Assembly: GCA_013239625.1 (NCBI GenBank)
Contig: MU057202.1
Span: forward strand, 2,927,101-2,991,100
Length of the DNA stretch: 64,000 nt
Direction of reading: 5' to 3'
Source of the DNA: Lama guanicoe
Taxonomy: Eukaryota
Shown here: in pieces, positions 57,718 through 64,000 of the stretch
How the letters are laid out: the number at the start of each line of letters is the position of its first letter
Numbering within the stretch: position 1 is the first letter of the stretch
Notes under the pieces: model-generated
Databases searched by the model: none
Told to the model about the DNA's origin: nothing
What the model saw: the letters and a program-made list of their open reading frames with translations, nothing else
Position numbers and translations under genes: made by a program

Positions 57718-58870
57718 CTCCTTCAGGCATATTCCCTGAAGTGGCACTGCTGGACCATGTGGTGGCCCTGGCTTAATTTCTGGAGAACCCTTCATAGTGC
57801 TCTCCACAGGGGCTGCACCCATTTGCATCCTCCCCAGGAGCCCCCCCACATCCTCCCCAGCGCTTTTCTTTTTTAATCTTTCTTGTGATCGCCATTCCGA
57901 TAGGTGTGAGGTGACATCTCACTGTGGGTCTGATTTGTGTCCCCAAATAATATTGTGTACTTTGCACATTAACCCCTCATCAGATGGCTGGCTTGCAGAT
58001 GCATCCTCCCTTCTGCGGGCTGCATTTCACTCTGTTGGTTACTTCCGTTGCTGTGCAGAGCTTGTTCGTCAGACGTGGTCCCACTCACTCACTTCTGCTC
58101 TGTGCCATGTGCGAAAACTGCTCCCAAGACCAGTGTCAAGGAGCTTTTTCTCTGTTTTCTTTCAGGAGTTTTATGGTTTCACGCCTCACATTTAAGCCTT
58201 AAATCCATTTTGAGTTCGTTTTTGTGAGTGGTGTAAGACAGGGGTCCAGCTTCATTCTTTTTCACGTGAATATCCAGTTCCCCTGGCACCACGTACTGAA
58301 GACTCTACTCTTTCCCCATTGAATAGCTTGGTTCCCTTGTTAAATATAAGTTGACCATGTATGTATGGGTTTCATTCTGGGCTCTCGGTTTTGTTTCATT
58401 GGTCTATGTTTGTTTTTATGCCAGTGCCATGCTGTTCTGATTACTTTGGCTTTGTAACACAGTCCGCAATCCAGACGTGTGATGCCTCCATCTTTTGTTT
58501 CTTGTTCTTAAGAATGCTTTAGCTATTATGGTCTTCTGTGGCTCCATAAGAATTTTANNNNNNNNNNNNNNNNNNNNNNNNNNNNNNNNNNNNNNNNNNN
58601 NNNNNNNNNNNNNNNNNNNNNNNNNNNNNNNNNNNNNNNNNNNNNNNNNNNNNNNNNNNNNNNNNNNNNNNNNNNNNNNNNNNNNNNNNNNNNNNNNNNN
58701 NNNNNNNNNNNNNNNNNNTTCATCCATGTCTTACAACTTTTTAATTTACAGATCTTTTGCCTACTTGGTTAAATTTATTCCTGAATACTTTATTGTTTTT
58801 GATGCCATTGTAAATGAGATTGTTTTATTTATTTCTGTTTCAGGTAGTCCATTGTTAGTGCACAGAAACA
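57718..58870 (-). mobile_element. Antisense L1 ORF2 3' fragment spanning the assembly gap
   Basis: Minus-strand translations KFLWSHRRP and [11 protein letters not shown] match L1 ORF2 KFIWNHKRPRIAKAIL; ccattttgagttcgtttttgtgagtggtgtaagacaggggtccagcttcattct is a typical antisense L1 motif. Confidence 0.85.
58558..58718. other. Assembly gap (161 N)
   Basis: Run of N characters inside an L1. Confidence 1.
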
Positions 58871-59009
58871 CGGTGGTGAGGGGCAGGGCTGCGTCTTCAC
58901 GGCTCCTCATCTCTGTGCACTTGCTTGATGGGAGGCTATGCTACGATTCGTGCCCTTCTCTTGTCACTCTTCAATTAAAAAGCGTTGTTGTTTTAAATAA
59001 AACACACAA

Positions 59010-61020
59010 AGGGCAAACACATTTGCTGTCAGTAGACCTGCACTAAACGTTTTAAAGATGGTGCTTCTGGCAGAAGGAAAGTGGTCCCAGATGGAGGGTC
59101 TGAGATGCAGGGAGAGGGCAGTGCAGAGAAAGTGGTAAACTTGTGAGCGGTGTGGGGACTTGACTCCGTGGAAGAAAGCAGTGTCTGCGGGGCCTAAAGG
59201 GAGAAGAAGTAGTGTGTGAGGGAGGACGGTGGGAAACTGATACGTTTGGACTTTGGTCCATTAAGCTGTAATTCCTTGTCCATCAAAAGACTGGAAAGAG
59301 TACATACAGCTTACAAACTAAACGAACCATTAGGAAGAGTCACCAGTCCATCCTAAAGAAGGCGGGAAGGGAAGAAGGCACAGGATGGGGCCTCAGCTTG
59401 GTGTGCAGACAGCTCTCCTCGAGACAACAGAGTGGCCGGCTGAAGTTACAGAACGAGCTTGAAGTTGCCAGGGGGCAGGGTTACTGGGCAGGGTCCAGGT
59501 CGGGCGGGAGTGCAGGAACAGGGTGGGCGGTTGGGGTCCCTTTTCCTCCCAGTCGGCTGTAGATCCGGCAGGTGGCGACTGAGTGGCTATGCTGTGCTTT
59601 CACCAGCCTTGCAGCGTGAGGGCGGAGGGCCCCAGTGGACCCCTTTGGTGGGGGGAGGGGAGGGGGCACCACAAATGGCTGCGCCCTGGGCCTCCCTGGC
59701 AAAGCAGATGCTGATGCTCACGGGAGGAAGGATGATGTGGAGTTCAGTCTACGGGCAGTTTTGTGTGTACACTGTCCAGCACACGGTCACAAATAGTCAG
59801 GCAAACGAGAGAAAGTGACACAGGCGAAACCAGCCTGACGGCAGACAGCAGGAGCAGGCCTCGCAGCGCTGGGGTCGGGTCGTCCCAGGTGCTCGGTCTG
59901 CCTGGAACACTGAGCATTTAGACAGGGACCTGGAAACTTAAAAAGTATCAAATGGTAATTCTACAGCTTTAATAGCGTCATCAAAATTAAGAATTCAGTA
60001 TATAGGTGTTGTAGCAGGCCAGGCAGAGCTGAGGAGACCATTGGTGACCTGGAAAACAGGGCAGAATAAGACACCCAAAATGAAGAATGTTCTTCCAAAC
60101 GGAAGGAATCGTTCCGTTCTTTCACAAACTCTTCCAGAAAATAGAGATGGAACATTCCCCAGTGCGTTTTATGAGGCCAGTGTATCTTTGCCGTCAAAAC
60201 CTAGAAACAGAACTAGAGAAAATGACAGAACAGTCTTACTCAGAGGAAAAAAATTCCGAGCAGAATGGTAGCAAATCAGATCCGGCGGCGCACAGACAGG
60301 AGACCGCTGGCCGCCTGACTTGCTGGTGCTGACGGCACATCGTGCTTGAGATGTTTCGTATCCAGTAGCTTCGCTCCCTAAGCAAGCTCCCAGCACAAGC
60401 GCGGTCAGTGCTCCGGCTTCCACGCGCCCACGTGTGTTCAGCTCGGGAGTGTCTCACCGGAGGACGTCACCGACGTGACTCACCACGGCGGGGGATTAAG
60501 GGGAGAGTCGCAGGGTCGTCTCAGCAGAAGCAGAGCCAGCTTTGATACAATTCGGCCTCCATTCAAAATGCCAAGAGCAAAAGCCCGAAGACTCAGCACA
60601 CTAGAAATACGAGGGCGCTTCCTCAGCCTGATCAAGGGCCCCCGCCCAAGCGTGCCGCCAGCCGCCGGCCGGATGCGCCTCCGGGAGCTTGGCTCGGCGT
60701 CCTGCCGGAGGCCTCCCGAGCTGTGGGAGAGAAGGAGACACAAGGCTTTGTGGGTGGAAGGGGGCGATGCCATGGTGTTCTAGAGGATTCCAAACAATTT
60801 CCAAAGATCAGTTATCGGGACCGTGGAGAGCTTAGCAAGGTTTGGGGTCAAAACCAGCATACGAAGTGTTATTTCATGTCTGCCTGCCGTCAGCAGTCAC
60901 TTAAAAATGAAATTTTAAAAAGCCTTCATTCAAGTAGCCTTCAAATATGTAAAATAGCGAGAAACAAATCCAGTTAGAGATACACACGATGTTTATGGGA
61001 AAGAACCGTGAACTGTTCCC
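59010..61020 (+). mobile_element. Ancient sense-strand L1 (L1M) ORF2 remnant, reverse-transcriptase region
   Basis: ORF-track fragments PFFHKLFQKIE, GTFPSAFYEASVSLPSKP and ASFDTIRPPFKM...LSTLEIRGRFLSLIK are frameshifted relics of L1 ORF2 (PILLKLFQKIE, GTLPNSFYEASITLIPKP, KAFDKIQHPFM...LNKLGIEGNFLNLIK). Confidence 0.85.
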
Positions 61021-64000
61021 GCAGGGTGTAGGAAAGGCCTGAGGGAGGCCTGTCCCACGTTGACGGCTCACCAGGCGCCCTGTTGTCCTGGCTCCAGTGG
61101 CCCCTTGCTTTTGGCCCAGGCCCCCGACATCCTGAGCCCGGGACCCCTTCCCACCCAGGAGCTACACAGCCCACTGGCACCCTCTCTTCCCTCCTCGCAC
61201 AGCTTGACTCCATGGTCGGCTGGGCCCCCTTTGCTCCCTTGGAAGTACCCTCAGCTGCTCTGGGCCCCGCTGTCGCTCACCTACCAAGACCCCATACTTA
61301 GAAGATCTGGTGTTGGCCCGCCTGCACCGCACCTCCTCACCGGGGCGGGCCTTCTCTTTGTCCCCTCTCTGTCCCCACTGACTCTCGTTTCATCAGGGTT
61401 TGTCCCCACTGTCCCACTCAACCCAGCCATCTGAAGTCGCTGAGCGGTCACCATGGCCCAGTTCCGTTTCCCAGTCTGTCAGGAGGAGGGACTGCATCCA
61501 GCCTGCTCCTGCACGACCGTGGGCCCCGGGAGGAGAGGCATGCAGTGTGCTGCCTCGAGCAGAGCCCTCGGCCCCTTGCTTGGGCCCAGGGTGGTCCGTC
61601 AGCCTTGAGGTTCCCTGGTGACTCCCAGTCAGGGCTGCGTGCCAGGCGCCTGGACGAGACAGGAGGCTGAGTGGGGCCCTGGGTGAACCCTGCCTCCTCT
61701 CAGCCATTCCCTCTTCCATAAAATTCGGATCGGAGTCAAGCTCTAGTTCCCACCCCGGCAGCATCAAAGACCCTTCAGCCCCACCACCCACTTTCTAAGA
61801 CAGTGCCAGATCACACAGAGCCTGCGCTCTGCCCGCCCGCTCACCCTCCCTGCGCCTGGGGGAGTAGCGGCCCTGGGCCGGCCTCTGTCAGGAGCGGGAT
61901 GTGCCCAGAGAACCCAGATCTGAGTGTTTCCAGCTCAGGCTTGGCTCCTTCTCTTCCTCCCAGTTGTGCGGGAGGAGAAGGGGAGCCAGAGTGTGAAAGG
62001 TCAGATGCAAGGGCAGCGAGGGTCATCGTGGTTATCGCGGCTGCCAGGTTGTGGCTGTGATTGTCATGGTGTCACTCCACTGCTGGGTTTGTTCCGTGAG
62101 GACCCGGACGCCCAGGCTGGATCTCTAGGTCAGCTGCTCCCTCATCAGTCATGATGCCCAGAGGAGGCTGAGGGAGAGAAGAAGAGTGGCTCGCCTGCAC
62201 AGCTGGATGGTGGTCTGGGGTTCCTGGAGGGCACTGCTGCTCAGGTGCCACCGTGGAACCTGGCTGGAAACCCAGGTAGGCAGAGCTGGCAGGACTGGCC
62301 GCAGACGGCCCTGCTGCCCTGCTGCCCACGCAGTGTTGGGTGCTGCCTGAGCCTCTGCCTGACCCAGGTGAGGTGCCTGCCCAGCTCCAGCCCTCCTGAG
62401 GCCCAGGAAGGGGCCCTCACCGTGTACTCCCATGGCCAGCGGTGAACTTCCATCAAGTTTGCGGGGTGGGGTCTTCGCTGCATCGGGTTACGACCACCAT
62501 CGCGCACCCCCATCACCCCTCCCCTCCTGCAGAGGCTCCGGTGCGTCTGGGACCCCGGCCCAGGGGCAGCGGGCAGGGGACACGTAGCACTGGGGTTTGG
62601 TGGAATGTATTTACGGGTTTGCTGTCTCTTTTGGGAGAACAGAGCCGCCGCCAGCCATCCTGGATGCAGGAGACGCTGCAACATCTGGCAGAGCGGGAGC
62701 CAAGCGCTCCCCGCTGCACAGGGCCCGGGTCCGTGGTCCTGTCTTTCTTGAAAAGAATCCGCCAAAGTTACGTAAACTGTCAGCCTCACAACCTGGCTTT
62801 CTCCTCCATCTAGTCTCCAATCCCCTGGTTCACAGGCGCCGGGTGGCGAAGGGCCCAGCGGGAGGCACGAGGGATGTAGGCCTGGAACATGGGCAGTGTG
62901 TCTGGCTGTCACCTCGTTTCCTGTGTGCTGTCCCTTGGCCTGTGGGCTCCTGACCCCCAAATACACCATACTTTGCCCAAGCCCTGGGCCGCCCTAAAGC
63001 CCCGGAGCTGGACCTGCTGGACAAACACAGCCTCTCCAGGCCGCCCTGTCTTGGGAAATGGACCCAGGAGGCCCGTGCTGCCCCTGCCCAGCACTTGCCT
63101 GCCCAGGGGGCAGGTCCTCCCAGCCCTGCCTGGCCCAGCCAGGCTGTCAGGAGGAGGTGAGCCAAGGGCTCAGCCCCCTTGCCACTCTGGCGCTGGCCCT
63201 GCTCCCTGCAATGACCTCTGGGTGTGACCACACAGGGGCTCTGGCTCCTGGCCAGGCTGAGTGGGCATGGGTTGAAGCCTCTTCGAGGAGTCCCAGGCTC
63301 TCTCTGTCCGCCCCAGGGTGCAGTTTGCCTGAGCAAGTACCTCACAGTGGCTGGGCCAGAGGCCTGGGGCCGCTTCAGGACCCCCGAGCCCAGCCCCAAC
63401 TGCCCCGCCATTTCAGGGATGATCTCGGCGCCGTGGGTGTGGCTGCCATCAGGCCCGTTTTGTCGTTTTGGGGGTTCATCACAGATCCTGCAGGTGGAGC
63501 TCGGTGGCCCAGGACAGGTGGCTTTATCTCCGGGACCAGGCCCCCAGCCTGGGACTGCCCGAGAGCCTGCAGGGGCCCCCAGCCTGCCCTGCTTCCTCCC
63601 TGGCTCACAGCAGGGCTGGTGGAGTCACTTTCCCCCGAGCCACGGGTGCCTGAGCCTTGCCAGCGAACAGAGGGCCAAGGGTGGGTCCTAGGAGGACCCC
63701 GCGGTTCTCAATGGGGTGATTCTGCCCCCCAGGGGACACTGGTGGTTGTCGCGGATGGGGGTGGGGGTGGCACTACTGACATCTCGCGAGGCAGGACGCA
63801 GGACCTGCAGCAACAGGAGTTGGGGTGACAAGTCGGGGCGGCAGGGGGGAGTGGGAGCAACGAGTGACACTTCAAAGGCAGAGGCGGTGCCCGAAGACCA
63901 AGAGGAGGCCCGAGTTGGCTTTTTATTTTACAAATGTCCGTTTCCTGATTATAAAAGCAGTCCTGCTCATTGTAGAAAACATCAACAACATGGAAAAGTA

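Noticed and set aside
60041-60783. Reverse-transcriptase-like peptides suggesting a retroelement gene
   Set aside because: Frameshifted, heavily decayed L1 ORF2 with no intact frame.
1-64000. Prokaryote-style systems (operons, CRISPR arrays, defence islands), a second protein-coding gene, or the BANP promoter
   Set aside because: The sequence is a spliced mammalian locus. I saw no regularly spaced repeat array, no second set of phase-compatible exons and no clear promoter or first exon.

Overview
This is mammalian genomic DNA: GC- and CpG-rich, with one 161-N assembly gap at 58558-58718. It is probably from a camelid, because two tRNA-derived SINEs match the camelid Vic-1 structure as I recall it. 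The window holds the complete coding region of BANP (SMAR1/BEND1) on the + strand. Twelve GT-AG coding exons run from ATG 3326 to TGA 55125 and join in frame to 1509 nt (502 aa), followed by a 3' UTR with AATAAA at 55622. The promoter and non-coding first exon lie upstream of the window. The rest is intronic or intergenic DNA with decayed L1, L2, MIR, MLT1 and MLT2 fragments, a solo ERV LTR with an intact TSD, and simple repeats. Almost all ORFs in the supplied track are spurious products of high GC content. I found no clear new multi-gene system. The most interesting signals are splicing and 3'-end features of BANP: a recursive-splice-like site, a candidate terminal exon upstream of the BEN domain, a candidate poison exon, a possibly lost +9 acceptor and duplicated Q-rich micro-exons. 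There is also a near-perfect BANP-binding motif downstream of the gene and strong GC-biased rewriting of old repeats. Comparisons with human or mouse BANP and with repeat consensus sequences are from memory and need database confirmation.
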